Source: the human T2T-CHM13v2.0 reference genome, Homo sapiens. Taken from it: 64,000 bases of DNA. The notes beneath the pieces are model-generated. The model was not told the DNA's origin and ran no database searches. It was given only the letters and a program-made list of their open reading frames with translations. Numbering within the stretch: position 1 is the first letter of the stretch; every line of letters begins with the position of its first letter. The stretch lies in the NCBI RefSeq assembly GCF_009914755.1, contig NC_060938.1; one strand, given 5' to 3'. Positions 44,701-58,946 of this stretch are shown piece by piece. Both the position numbers and the translations under genes were made by a program.

Positions 44701-45984
44701 CTCTTTAGAACTTAGGAGAGGTATTTGTAAGAGTGTCATGATGTTTTTAAAAAAAGAAGAAAAGGCTCTCCAGGGAAATGTTTCCCAGATTCTCAAATGT
44801 ATTTGCCAATGAACCTCCTCTAACAGTACAGAACCATTGACCCCAATTCCTGCACCAATTCTTACCAAGCTAAACATATCACTGGTCTACCTGGATTTAC
44901 ATTGCGAATGAGTGCTAGGTTCTCTTATGGTATGTACAGCTTGTAAGCTTTTTCTTCATCATCATTTTTACCACCAAGCCCTTGCCACTCCTATCAGGCT
45001 ACCGCTGGGTGGCATTCTGCCTTGAATGGACAGATCATCTAAATAAAAAAACGTCATTACCTATCTTATTTCAACCACCTGAATATTTTCTGTTGCTTGG
45101 CTAGTACCAGCCAGATTTCAAGTAGCTATCAGGATGTTACCATAGATAACACAATACACACCTGGTCTTGCTGCACACATTACGCATTGTGCATTGAACT
45201 ACCCTGTGCCTTGTGACAAATGGCTTGTAAAGGCCAATTAATTTTCTCAGCACCTATCTTATCTGGTTCCTGCTTTATCCTTCTACACAGGAATCAAATC
45301 CCCGCACAACTGGCACTAAAAACCTCTACCACCACCAAAATTCAGAAACATGAAATTGACCACCCAAGCGCTCCATTCAGAGATTATAACTGACATTTTA
45401 AAAACAGCCTATAGTTCCCTTATGTCAACACTAGATAGAGATTGGATTCCTGGACTGAATACAAAGATGACCTTTGTTAGAAAACTGAAAACAAAATGTA
45501 AAAAGCAACGAAGCAGAAGTGGATTGCTCCTATATATTCATATCTATGAAATGTATCCATACTTTCATATACGGTATAAATACATAGTTATAATTTTAAG
45601 GGCCCATCCTAATGTCAACAGTAAAGAGAAAGAATAGTAAGTTCATAATATTTCTTTTATTGTGTTTCCAAAGCTGTTGAGTAAGTTATAATGCCATAAT
45701 TCTGGCAGAATTGTCTATTTTATATAAAATTTTTAAGATTTCCCCACAAAGAGCCAGGTTCAGACAACATATTAATGTAATAAAAATGTCTCCTAGAAAT
45801 AGGAGTGCTTTTTAAAGATACTACTAATCCACAAAAATTACTCAACATTTCATTTTCAGCCATAAAACATATTTACACATACTTATACAATACTAACTAT
45901 GGAATTTAACCCAACAGTTTCCAATTACTTACATTAAGAGACACAAGAAATCACTACAAACTAAAACTAGCCCAATCCTTGAAG

Positions 45985-46173
45985 ATAATTCTTAAAGTGT
46001 GGTCTACAGACCACCTGTTTCAGAGTTACCTAGGAAGTCTGCTTAGAGTGCAAATTCATGGGACATAGTCAGACTTCTAGAATTAGAATTTCTGGGGTTG
46101 GAACCCTGGAATCTGATTTCTTTATAAGTAAGTTCCCTTGATTCTTGAGTGCAGTAAAGTTGAAGAATCACAG
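45985..46173. mobile_element. MER5-family DNA transposon
   Basis: 'ttcttaaagtgtggtc...agaatttctggggttggaaccctggaatctg...aaagttgaagaatcacag'. Confidence 0.65.
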
Positions 46174-47099
46174 CACATGGAGAAGGCAAGTGAAATAAAA
46201 AAGTCAGACTTGTAGTGAGAGTCCTTGTAACAGGCACTGCATAGCACACAAGGAGTGCAACAAGTTACTATAGTCCACATAGGCAGCAGGCAAAATGAGG
46301 TAGGGTATCCACAACTGCATCAATGCAACTGGGTTTGAAGCTTCACTACATGCTAGCTATGTGAATTACAAGGTTTTTCTTTTAACTCAATGACTTCTGC
46401 ATTTGTAAAACAAGAATAATAATCTAACTTAGGTGTGGTTGTAAGGATTAAACAATTTAACACACATAAAGCACTTAGAGCAGTGATCTGGGAGAATATC
46501 ACATAGGAAAGAATCATTCTAAAATGACTATGTCATTACCTATCAATACTACACTGCTAGAGGTAAGTAACCATAATTATCCATATTCTGGGCTATTAAA
46601 GCAAAACTGTGAGATGAAGTTCATCTTCGTATCGTCCCCTTCCTTTTGGATATCTTCCATTCTTAGTATAAAGATCTGCCCTTCCTAACCTATACACTGT
46701 GTTTGTTCTCACCCGCCCACAATGGTGGTTGTTACAATTTTACCCCACTGGAAATTATCTGTTGTATATTACATCGTCTTATGACTTTGTGTTTCAATAA
46801 TGGAGCTAAAATGATGTACTACGTTTTTAGAGGGACCGTTGCCAGGTATACATATCTAACGGATGTTTGAGGAGACTAATCCTTTCCCCCATAGTTTTCT
46901 AATGAACTAAAGAGTGTAATGGTGAAAAGTAAAGGAAGGTGAAAAAGATATTTCAGAGTAAGCATATCTCTTAGCAACCATCCACGAACCAGGCATTTCA
47001 TACCTGCAAATAAAACCTTGCAAAGAACAGTACACCAGGAGAAAAGCTACTTATACCAGATTAATTTTACCATGAAGAGTTTATCTTTTATCAGCTTTC

Positions 47100-47532
47100 C
47101 CACTCCCATTCAACTCAGGGATTAGGCATACTTTTCCTTTCCTCCTGAATTTCACTCCTTCACTCTGAGTACATGATATTAAGAGTTACCAAGTAACATA
47201 TATTTCACCTTCCTGCTCTGCAACCTTAGAAGCTACCTGTGCTGCTCCCAGCTATTCCTCTTTTCCTTGAACCTCAGGGTAAAACATCTTCCTCCTTTTG
47301 AAAGTTGTTTCCACTTAGACTCTGAGTCCGATGTATTTTGATCTAACTTGGAGCTTTTTAAATTTAATTCCTTCTCTCTCTTCCTTGTCTTCAGATGACT
47401 CCTTCCCCTTATGCTATGTTCAATCTTAAAAATTCCCTTGATTTTTCAACGATTCATACCTTCTTTCCCACAGCTTTCCTTACCGTCTATCAGATTTTCA
47501 AATTCCCAACATCCTGTTTTTGCTTTTATCAT

Positions 47533-47583
<51 letters not shown>

Positions 47584-48250
47584 CCCATGACACTTAAACT
47601 TGATTGGCAATGGCCACCACTGACTTTCACATTGCCAAACCCAACTGACTGAAAATTCCAGCATTTGACACTGTTCACTAGTGTTTCCTTCTAAAAACAT
47701 TGTTCTCCCTTGACTTCTCTAACATCATCCAAAAATAAAGATATTTATTTCCCATCTCTTTTACTAGATCTTTTGACTCTGCTCATCCTTAAAATGTTTG
47801 TGCCCACCTGTCTTTTCACCTTACAATTCTTCCTTAATGTTTAAATTTAGTCTCATAAATTTACATCTATAAATGTATGACTCTCAAATCAGCACCTCTA
47901 GCATCAGATACTTCTGAACTCCACAACCAAATATCTAGTAACCTACTGTAATTTCTACCTTGATATCTTTTGTCCTGTGGGTCATATCTTGATAAAAGAA
48001 ATTATCTGTGTAATCACTCATGCCAGAAATCGGGGAATTATTTTTGAACCCTCATAATTCATCACTTCCCATGTCTCATCAGAGCACTAGGTCTCATCAG
48101 TACAAAGCCTGTACACTAGGTCTTGTCAGTACAAAGCCAGTACACTAGGTTTTGTCAGTACAAAGTCAGTATAAAGCACTCTCTACTTTATTGCCTTCCC
48201 GCCATCTGCGTGTGCTACCACTGCCTTCATAGGAAGCACATTGTCTCTTC
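47100..48250. mobile_element. L2 remnant containing (CA)n (47536-47580) and a 29-bp minisatellite
   Basis: 'cagcatttgacactgttcac', 'atgactctcaaatc', 'aaatatctagtaacctact' L2 motifs; edges approximate. Confidence 0.55.
48085..48171. repeat. 3 x 29-bp tandem repeat
   Basis: cactaggtctcatcagtacaaagcctgta / cactaggtcttgtcagtacaaagccagta / cactaggttttgtcagtacaaagtcagta. Confidence 0.95.
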
Positions 48251-49009
48251 ACTTAGGACAGACAAGTTAAAAAAAATTTAAGGTAGCATGATAACTTTCA
48301 TACAACTATAAAATAAACATGTGTCATAGATTTTATTTAACTAATTAATGAATGAGGGAGCAAGTAAGATGTTACAATGAGTTCAAAGGAGAAGTTAAAG
48401 TACCACACTTACATAGGTTAATAAGGGATGCTGAGAAGAATTTACCAATATATTCAAGCCTGGCTTTTTCCACAGTAGGGAGGAAAATTAATTTTCCATT
48501 CTCCAGACAATTCATTTGCACATCTATGGACAAGAGTCATTTGCATCGACATGATCTGCAATTTACAGAATTTTAAATAGCTGAAAGACAATGAAAGATG
48601 CAAAATCCATAGAATCAAATAACTCAGAAGGGTGTGCTCTGTCCTTTAGACAACATATATTTCGATTGAAGACACCTAGTACAGTTTTTTGTCTACTTCA
48701 AAGTCACAACTTTTTCTGAAAGACTTTCTCATCGTTTGTAAAACTAAAGTCTAATAAAATCTCTCCCCCGTCTCCCTACCAACACAAAATATCTAGCCTA
48801 GCTCTAACTGGCCATTCTGATCTCCTGTCTCACCACCCCACCCCACCCCACTTCACCCCCACTTTATATCAGTTAGAGAAATAACAAAATGCTCATTCTT
48901 TCCCTAATACACTTTGCTGTTTTATACTCATTTTATTTCACATGCCAGATTTTTCCTGGAATGTACTTTTGTCCAACTAATAAAGCCTCATTATTGTATC
49001 TTTTATGAA

Positions 49010-51035
49010 TTTTTTTATTTTTAATTTTTATGGGTATATAGTATGTGTATATATTTGTGGAGTGCATGAGATGCTTTGATACAGGCATGTGGCCAGGCAC
49101 GGTGGTTCACGCTTATAATCCCAGCACTTTGGGAGGCCAAGGTAGGCTGATCACCTGAGGTCAGGCATTCGAGACCAGTCTATCCAACATGGCAAAACCC
49201 CATCTCTACTAAAAATACAAAAAAAATTAGCCAGGTGTGGTGGCGGGTGCCTGTAATCCCAGCTACTTGGGAGGGGGAACAATATACAGGCAGGCAATGT
49301 GAGATGAGCACATCAAGGAGAATGGGGTATCCATCCCCTCAAGCATTTATCCTTCGTGTTACAAACAATCCAGTTATACTCTTTTAGTTTATTTTAAAAT
49401 GTACAATTAAATTATTATTGACTATAGTCACACTGTGCCATCAAATATTAGGTCTTACTCATTCTATTTTTTGCACCCATTAACCATCCCCACCACTCCC
49501 CCAAGTCCCCATTCCCCTGCCCAGCTTCTAGTAATGATCCTTCTACACTCTTTACTCATGTGTTCAATTGTTTTGACTTTTAGATTCCACAAGTAAGTGA
49601 GAATACATGATATTTGTCTTTTGTGCCTGGCTTATTTCACTTAACACAATGATCTCCAGTTCCATCTATGTTGTTGCAAATGACAGGATCTCATTCTTTT
49701 TTATGGATGAATAGTACTCCATTGTGTATAAATACCAGATTTTCTTTATCCATTCATCTGTTGATGTTCACTTAGGTAGTCTCCAAATCATGGCTATTGT
49801 GAACAGTGCTGCAATAAACATGGGGGTACAGATATCTCTTCAATATACTCATTTCCTTTCTTTTGGGTATATACCTAGCAGTGGGATTGCTGGATCATAC
49901 AGTAGCTCAATTTTTAGTTTTTTGAGGAACCGCCAAACTGTTTTCCATAGTGGTTATACTAATTTGCATTTCCACAAAAAGTGTACACGGGTTCTCTTTT
50001 CTCCACATCTCACCAACATTTGTTATTGCCTGACTTTTAGTTATAAGCCATTTTAACTGGGGTGAGAGGCTATCTCATTTTAATTTTGATTTGCATTTCT
50101 CTGATGATCAATTATGTTGGGCACCTTTTCATATGCCTGTTTGCCATTTGTGTTTTGAAAACTGACTATTCACATCTTTTGCCCATTTTTTGATAAGATT
50201 ATTAATTGTTTTCCTATGGAGTTGTTTGAGCCCTTTGTATATTCTGACTATTAGTCCCTTGTCAAATGGGGTCAAATGGGTAGTTTGCAAATATTTTCTC
50301 CGATTCTGTGGATTGTCTTCTCACTTTGTTGATTGTTTTCATTTCTATGCAGAAGGTTTTTAACTTGAGATGATCCCTTTTGTCCATTTTGCTTTGGTCG
50401 TCTTCACTGGTGTGATATTAGTCAAGAAAGTTTTGCCCAGACCAATGTTCTAGAGAGTTTCCCCAATGTTTTCTTGTAGTAGTTTAATAGTTTGAGGTCT
50501 TAGATTTAAGTATTTAATCCATTTTGATTTGATTTTTGCATATGGTGAGAGAGAGCGGTCTAGTTTAATTCTTTTGTATATGGCTATCCAGTTTTCCCAG
50601 CACCATTTATTGAAGAGACTGTCTTTTCTCCAGTGTATGTTCTTGGCAACTTTGTTGAAAATAAGTTCACTGTAGGTGTGTGGACTTTTGTTTCTTGGTT
50701 CTCTCTTCTGTTTCATTGGTCTGTGTGTCTGTTTTTATGCCAGTACCGTGCTATTTTGGTTACTACCACTCTGTAGTATAATTTAAAGTCAGGTAATGTG
50801 AATCCTCTGGTTTTGTTCTTTTCACTTAAGATAGTTTTGGCTAGTCTAGTTCTGTTGTGGTTCCATATAAATTTTATAATTTTTTTCTATTTCTGTGAAG
50901 AATATCATTGGTATTTAGATAGCGATTGGATTGAATCGGTAGATTGCTTTGGGTAGTGTGAACATTTTAACAATGTCGATTTTTCCAATTCATGAACATG
51001 GAATATCTTTCCATTTCCTGGTGTCTTCTTCAATC
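49010..51035 (-). mobile_element. 5'-truncated L1MA (L1MA2-4-like)
   Basis: 3'UTR 'gaatggggtatccatcccctcaagcatttatcc'; ORF2 remnant [12 protein letters not shown] (50450-50716). Confidence 0.88.
49091..49275 (+). mobile_element. AluS, 3'-truncated
   Basis: Left arm, middle A tract and right arm only to 'agctacttgggagg'; no A tail. Confidence 0.9.
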
Positions 51036-51503
51036 TGACTACTTACAAAGCCAAGTTCAGAGGCCATATTTTTCAGGAAGACTCCAGTCTCTCCAAATAA
51101 TCATTTCCTAACAATGCCAATTATTCACTTTCATATCTTACTTTTCTAACAGACTGAGAGCTGCCTAGGGACAGAGACTGAAAAGGTTTATTGTATGGTG
51201 AGTAACAACAGAGACTTTACAATCAGATCTGGATTCAAATTCTGAATCCATCACCTACTAGTTGAGTGGCACGGGCAAGTTACTTAATCTCAATTTGCCT
51301 AAATTTCTTCCCCTGGAAGTGAAAGCATTATTGTTCAGAATATTGGTTTGAATTGGAACAACTGTTTGAATGTCTTTCACTCTTTACAATTACTCTCCTC
51401 CAAGGCAAAACACTTATCCTCGTTCCCTCAATTTCTTAATCTGTAAAACGCAGTTGATAATAATACCTCACAGAGTTCCTAAGATACAATATATGTAAAG
51501 CAG

Positions 51504-52242
51504 TGTGGTGATTAACCTTATGTGTCAACTTGGCTAGGCCGTAGTACCTAGATATTTTGTTAAACACCAGTCTACCTATTACTATGCAATCTGTCTTTGG
51601 ATAAAACTAACATTTAAATCAGTAGCCTTTTAGTGAAAGCAGATTACCCTCCATGGCAAGAGTGGCCACATCCAATCAATTCAAGACCATAAGAGCAAAA
51701 GATTTAATCCTCCTGCTTCCCCCACAGAGGAAGAGGGATTTCTGCCTTTGGACTTGAGCTGTAATGTCAACTCTTTTCTAGGTCTCCAGCCTGCTTCTTT
51801 CTCTGCAGATTTCAGACTTGCCAATTTCCATGACCTCATAAGCCAATTTTTAAAAATAAATTTCCCTCTCCCTCTCTTTCTCTAACTCTATCTTAATACA
51901 CACACATACATGCACACACACACTGTCATCCTTCAATATCCATGAGGAATTGATTTCAGGACCTCTCACAGATACCAAAATCTGCAAGTACTCAAGTCTC
52001 TGATATTAAATGATACAGCATTCATATAACCTATGCATATCTTCTTGTATACTTTAAATCATCTCTATATTACTTATAATGCCTTAAAAATGTAAATGCT
52101 GTGTAAATCATTGTTATGCTTTATTGTTTAGGAAATGACAAAAAAAACTACGCATGTTCAGTATAGACACAATTTTTTAAAAAATATTTTCAGTGTGAGG
52201 TTGGTTGAATGCATGGATGCAGAATCCATGTAGGGCCAACTA

Positions 52243-52283
<41 letters not shown>

Positions 52284-52362
52284 ACATAGGGCCAACTACA
52301 TACACACACACACACACACACATACATTCAGTTGGTTGTTTATCTAAATAACTATTTTATAC
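51504..52362 (+). mobile_element. MLT2D-like ERVL LTR with MER2 insertion
   Basis: 'tgtggtgattaaccttatgtgtcaacttggctaggcc' start; 'aaagcagattaccctccat'. Confidence 0.75.
51923..52243 (+). mobile_element. MER2 DNA transposon
   Basis: 'gataccaaaatctgc...ctcaagtc...tatactttaaatcatctcta...ttggttgaatgcatggatgcagaa'. Confidence 0.85.
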
Positions 52363-52702
52363 AATCAGTCATGCAATATCTAGTGCATTGGAAGCACTTA
52401 ATACATGTAATTTTTATTATTTGAGCTTTCCAGAATAAATGAATTAATGTATACAAAACACAGCACGTCTGGAACATGAGTCAATAGATATTATATATTC
52501 ATAGTTCTTTATCATTTTTTATTTCCAGGGCCTAAAATAGTACTTAGTATAATTAATTATTGGAAGTTTGTTCACTGAGCAAATAGATGAATGAAAAAAA
52601 TAAAATAGGCAAAATACAACAGTCACTTTTTTAAAGCTCACATATATAGTATATATTTTCGTGTTTATTATATGGCATTTAATGTTAAATACTAAAGGTT
52701 TG

Positions 52703-53053
52703 TGTATTAGTCCATTCTCACACTGCTATAAAGATACTACTTGAGACTGTAATTTATAAAGAAAGGAGGTTTAATTGATTCACAGTTCTGCATGGCTGGG
52801 AGGCCTCAGGAAACTTACAATCTTGGTGGAAGGGGAAGCAGGCACATCTTACATGGCAGCAGGAGAGAGACAAGAGAGTAAGAGAGAGCAGGAAAAATTA
52901 CCACTTATAAACCATCAGATCTCGTGAGAATTCACTCACTATTACTAAAACAGCATGGTGGAAATCGCTGTTCCAATCACTTCCCTCCCTCAACACATGG
53001 GGATTACACTTCAAGATGAGATTTGTGTGGGGACACAGAGCCAAATCATATCA
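52703..53053 (-). mobile_element. THE1C/D MaLR solo LTR
   Basis: 'tgtattagtccattctcacactgctat' ... 'ggacacagagccaaatcatatca'; TSD gtttg/gtttt. Confidence 0.9.
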
Positions 53054-53187
53054 GTTTTATTCAGCATATTCTCCCTGTGGAGTATAAGAAACTCAAAGAG
53101 ATGAAGTGCTTGCAGAGAGGTCAAAAGGTCGATTGTACTTTGTAAAGAGGACTGGGCTGGGGTTAGAAATAAGCTAGGCAAGTACAT

Positions 53188-54935
53188 TTTATTTTAATTA
53201 TTTTTTTATTGTAGATTCCAGGGGTACATGTGCAGGTTTTTTTACGTGGTTATATTGCATAATGCTGGAGTTTGGGCTTCCAGTGAACCCATCCCCCAAA
53301 TAGTGAACAATGTAACCCATAGGTACTTTTTCAATACCTCTTGCCCCTCTCATCCCCTTTATGGATTTCCCAGTGTCTATTATTTCCATCTTTATGTCCA
53401 CATATACCCATTGTTTAGCTCCCACTAATAAATGAGAACATGTGGTATTTGATTTTGTTTCTGAATAAAAAATATTTATATATTGGCTCTAACTCCATCC
53501 ATATTTCTGTGAATGACATGAATTGAATAAAAATACATGAATATTAATGAAAGATTTTATTTTCTGTGTCCATGCAGTATTCCATGGCGTATATATACAC
53601 CACATTCTCCTTATCCAATCCATCACTGATGGATACTTAACTTGATTCCATGACTCCACTATTGTGAACAGCCCTGCAATAAATATGCAAGTGCAGGTGT
53701 CTTTTTGTAAAATTATTTATTTTCCTTTGGGTATATATAGTGGATTGCTGGGTCAAGTGGCAGTTCTATTTTTAGTTCTTTGAGAAACTTTCATACTGTT
53801 TTACACAGGGATTGAACTAACTTACATTCCCTCCAAAAGTGTGTACGTGCTCCCTTTTCTCCATATCCTCGCCAATATCCGTTTATTTTTTGACTTTTTA
53901 ATAATAGCCATTCTGACTGATGTGGGATGGTATCTTATGATGTTAATTTACATTTATCTAATAATTAGCGATTTTTTTCATACATTTGTTGGCCACCTGT
54001 ATGTCTTTTTTGAGAAGTATTTGTTCATGTACTTTGCCCATTTGTAATGAGGTTATTTGTTTTGTTCTTGGTTTTTTTATGTTCTTTATAGCCTCTGGAT
54101 ATTAGTTCTTTGTTAGATGCATAGTTTGCAAATATTTTCTCCCATTCTGCAGGTTGTCTGTTTATTCTGTTGTTTATTTTGCTGTATGGAAGCTCTTTAG
54201 TTTAATTAAGCCCCATTTGTTATTTTTGTTTTTGTTGTATTTGCTTTTGAGGTCTTAGTCATAAATTATTTGCCTAGGACACTGTGTAGAATTTTGCCTA
54301 GGTTTTCTTCTAGGATTATAGTTTCAGGTCTTACATTTAAGTCCTTAATTCACGTTGAGTTATTTTTTGTATATAGTGAAAGGTAGGGATCTCATTTTGA
54401 TCTTCTGCTTGTGGCTAGTCACTTTTCCCAGCACTGTTCATTGAATAGGGTATCCATTCCCCATTGTTTATTTTTTGTCAATTTTGTCAAAGATCAGTTG
54501 GTTGTAACTATGGCTTTATTTCTGGGTTCTCTATCCTGTTACATTGATCTATGTGTCCATTTTTGTATCAATATCATGTTGCTTTGGTTACTATGGCCTT
54601 GTAGTATATATAGTTTGAAGTCAGATAATGTCATGCCTCCAGCTTTATTATTTTTGCTTAGGATCGCTTTGGGCATTCAGGCTATTTTTCAATTCCATAT
54701 GAATTTTACAATTGTTTTTTCTAATTTTGTCAAAAATGATATGGTAATTTGATAGGAATTGTATGCAATCTGTAGATTTGGGCAGTATAGTTCATTTTAA
54801 TGATATTGATTCTCCCTACCCATGAACATGGGAGGTTTTTCCAATTATTTTTGTCATGTACGATGTCTTTCAACTGTGTTTTGTAGTTCTTCTTGTAGAG
54901 GTCTTTCACCTCCCTGGTTAAATGTATTCCAATGT
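53188..54935 (-). mobile_element. 5'-truncated L1 (L1PA15-16/L1PB4-like)
   Basis: 3'UTR 'ggggtacatgtgcaggttt...aatagtgaaca'; ORF2 remnant [11 protein letters not shown]...[13 protein letters not shown]. Confidence 0.85.
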
Positions 54936-55854
54936 AGATCTGCCAATTTCTTCTTCTAGCCATGGCCCTCTGTTACGCAGGAAGTATATAGTTCTTTTGG
55001 GATATGCTTGATCTCAACATTGGTAACCTCCGTGTTCTATATCTCCTTATATTAATATCAATTATTCCCAATCCTTACACTATCTACCTCTTAATTTAAG
55101 TTCTTCACCATTTGTAGATACCTGCTCCCTAAAGAGAACTCTCAGGTTATCTGCTTCACCGATACTGTGGTTCCAAAATCTGAGTGAATCCGAGAATCAC
55201 CTAGAACCACTTGCTAAAAATAAAATTTCTTGAGTTCCATGTCTGGAGATTCTATATTTTCAATAAATACTCAAGATAATTCCAATGGATCTGATCCTAG
55301 AACTAGAATTTTAAAACTACTTCTAAGGGAAAGATTCTACTTTGACTACTTTTTCATTTTGTCACTGATATTGTTAGCTATATATTTATTTCCACTCTTT
55401 TTTCTTACTGGTGATAGACAAGTAACCTTCAGATAAGTTCTGCAATTTGAGTTACAAAGCCCAAGTTTTCTGGTTGTAAAATTATAATACATATGTCTTC
55501 AGGAGCCCAAACACATTTTTCTCTGAAATGTTTCCGTGTTGAAACAACTGCAGGACATTGAAAAAGGCATCAAAGAAAACTAGCTAAAAATCTGCGTGAG
55601 ATTTCTTTTTTTCAACTTAATACAGAAAAGCTATCTGCCCATTAAACTTTGTGAATGTATTAAAACTATCTGAGTCACTCAATAGCTACTAGAACTGATA
55701 GCCCAGAAAATTTTTAATAATTTTAACTACAAACTGCACAAGAAGATAGCAATCAGTTTAAGTGGGATAGCAGAGGAGGACAATGGTCTTGGAAAATGAC
55801 ATGAATTTTGGTCTGACAAGTAATAGACAAAGTTTGTTTCTGTGTAAACATTAA

Positions 55855-56163
<309 letters not shown>

Positions 56164-56962
56164 AGGACCAAGTTTTAAAATAGAAAGTCGTGAGTGATTC
56201 TCTAAGTCACAATAACTTTAGATTCAGAAGGAATGTGCTGTAATAGTGATGTAAACTAGGATAATTACCCTAACGCTATTGTGTCCAAGATTCAGTGGAG
56301 GCATAGAAACACATCTTTAGCAGTTAAGCAGTCAGTAAGATTGTGCTGCTTTGTGAAGGTACCATCATGACCCAAATTTTATTCAGTCTCTGAGAAGACA
56401 AAACCAGTCTGTCCAATGACAAATACAATCACAAACCAAAACTATGTAGGCCTGGGCACTAGCCAAAACAAATTTTCTGATTCGCCATATGGACATTCAT
56501 TTTAGGCACATAAACAAAATGCTTCTCAAATGCCTTTATCATGTCAGGCTAACAGAAGCCTTTCTAAGCATCTATTGAGTCCCAACAAATCACTGGCAAT
56601 ATTTTCCAAAGGCTGGTCATGTGTTCTCAGCTGATTCCAGGGTCTTGTGAATAATGCCTTTCATGATGTTTGTACAGCTTTGAGATCAAAAGAATCCATG
56701 GAACTTAAAAAGCTAGGTTCAAATTCTGGCTCATCTGTTACTAGCTGTGTGATTTCGATCATGGGTACTTATGATAATTTAAAGTTTTATGTTAAATTTA
56801 AATATTTTAAAACTATGATGAATATAATTTATGTGAAACATTGGTCTTGAAAAATGGAAAACTGGTGTGACAACTCATTGTAATAATGGGAGACATTTTA
56901 CCACTATTTAAATACAAAAGCTGATTTAAGTTTAAATTTTAAAAAAATAGTAATAATAATGC

Positions 56963-57333
56963 TAGTTGAGCATGTATAATCTGAAAATGTAATATCTGAA
57001 ATGCTTCAAAATCTGAAACCTTTTGAGTAGTGACATGACACCACAAGTGGAAATTTCTACATATGACCTCATGTGAGGGATCACATTTAAAATACAGTCA
57101 AAACTTCTTTCATGCACAAAATTATTAAAAATATTATATCAAATTACCTTCAGGCTATGTATATAAGGTGCATATAAAATGTAAATGAATTGACTGTTTA
57201 GACTTGGATCTCATCGTCAAGATATCTCATTATTTATATGCAAATATTGCAAAATCTGAAAAAAACCTGAAAAAAATCTGAAACCCAAAACACTTCTTGT
57301 CCTAAGCATTTCAGATAAAGGATATTCAACTTG
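56963..57333 (+). mobile_element. Tigger4b/MER46-type DNA transposon
   Basis: 'gttgagcat...tgacatgacaccacaagtggaaa...aagcatttcagataaaggatattcaacttg'. Confidence 0.8.
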
Positions 57334-57514
57334 TACAACACATGAGATAAGATTGTTATACTTGCGGCCTCTAATACTATGGCTTATCTTATAAGTAGAT
57401 GTAGGATTTCAAGAATAGTATGTGTGGAAATATCTGAAGCATAATGGATTCTTAAAAATTACATACATATGTATCATACTTAGGCTCTATAAATAAGTTT
57501 GTATTGCTCAAATC

Positions 57515-58108
57515 TGCAGTAAAGAATTCAACCTTGCCCAAAGAAAGGCCTGGCTTTTGCCTTCAATTTTTGGGATGTAATGTATGTCATAACTGAGAGA
57601 AGTATCTTTGCTTGGGGTAGGGGCTGGCCACACCCTGAATTTTACACCCTAAAATATGGTTGTCTTTGGAGTGTGAAATTTGGGTCATGCATCTGTCAAC
57701 CTGGCAACTGAAATCAAACACAAGGGCAATGAATAAATCAGTCATGCCTATGTAATGAAGCCCTAGTAAAAACTCTGCACACTAAGGCTTGGGTGGGCTT
57801 CCCTGGTTAACAGTACTCTGTGCATATGGTCACACATCAATGCTAAGAGAGTAACACATCCTGAAGACACCAGAGGTTTCACATCTATAACTGTCCCAGA
57901 CTTTGCCCTATTTGTCTCTTCCTTTGGCTGAATTTGATTTGTGTCCTTTATCTGTAATAACCCATAATCATGAGTATAATAGCTTTCAATGAGTTCTGTG
58001 AGTAATTCTGGTGAATTCAAAACTGAGGGTGGTTTTGGGAGTTCCCCAAAGATGCAATTGGTGTCAGAAGTAAGGACAGTCTTGGGGACTGTATCCTTAA
58101 AGCTCACA
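57515..58108 (+). mobile_element. MER77/MER68/MER21-group LTR
   Basis: 'taaagaattcaaccttgccc', 'catgcctatgtaatgaagccc...taaaaactctg', 'gagttctgtgagt...ggtgtcagaagt'. Confidence 0.65.
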
Positions 58109-58732
58109 TTTTGCTAACTCTGAGTAAAATGATATTGTATCATTTAAGTTCATGTAAATGACAACCCTCGACACAAACTTTACCATTTGTTGTAAAGCCT
58201 TAAACAAAGATAAAATAAGTGAATTACTGAACATTTCTTAAACATTACTATTCTACCAATTATACATTTTTATTATAAGTTAACCAATAAAAAGATAAAC
58301 CTCTAATAACAATCTTTGGTTGGCTGAAGATATGTTTATTTAATTGTGTCTGAAGGCCATTCCCATAGGATCAATCCAAATATTCAAGTTTTTGCATAAT
58401 TAAAAAAGAGTTAAGCCAACAGCAAAATTTTGTCATTCTATAGAATCATGATGAATTAGTCAAAGTTGCCATATCCAGGCCACAGTCTGTGACACCTCGC
58501 ACAATTTTTATATTCAGGAAACTACATCCTATCTACTTCTTTTCTGTATTTGGAAAGCATTTATATCCCACCAAGTCAAGCTTCACAGTCTATATAATGT
58601 CCTGGAACTATCTAGAGGGGTAACAAGCTAAAAGACCAGATGATTACTACAGTTTTTTTTTTTTTTATTTTCGGTACAAAGATTGTTGAAGTTTTATTAA
58701 ATTACAATCAATGCTGTAGCATTTCTCTAGAG

Positions 58733-58946
58733 TAGTGGTACTCAAATGAGTGTGGTTTTTCCCCCAAGGACATTTGGCAAATCTAGAGATATTTTTGGTT
58801 GTAAAAATTAGGTGGTGGGTTCTACTGTCATCCAGTGGATAGAGGCCTGAGATGCCACTAAACATTTACAATGCACCAGATCACCCCTCCACAACGAAGA
58901 ATTGTCCAGCCCCAAATGTCAGTAATGCTAGGTTTGAGAAACCTTG
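58733..58946 (+). mobile_element. MER20 DNA transposon
   Basis: 'ggacatttggcaa...catccagtggatagaggcc...ccagccccaaatgtca...gagaaaccttg'; 8-bp TSD-like ctctagag/ctcttaag. Confidence 0.88.

Noticed and set aside
46780-46880. Possible C/D-box snoRNA near 'aatgatgt'
   Set aside because: Imperfect C box, and no suitably placed CTGA D box with a terminal stem.
48270-48655. Possible old LTR (LTR37-like)
   Set aside because: Only a vague resemblance; I could not define termini or a TSD.
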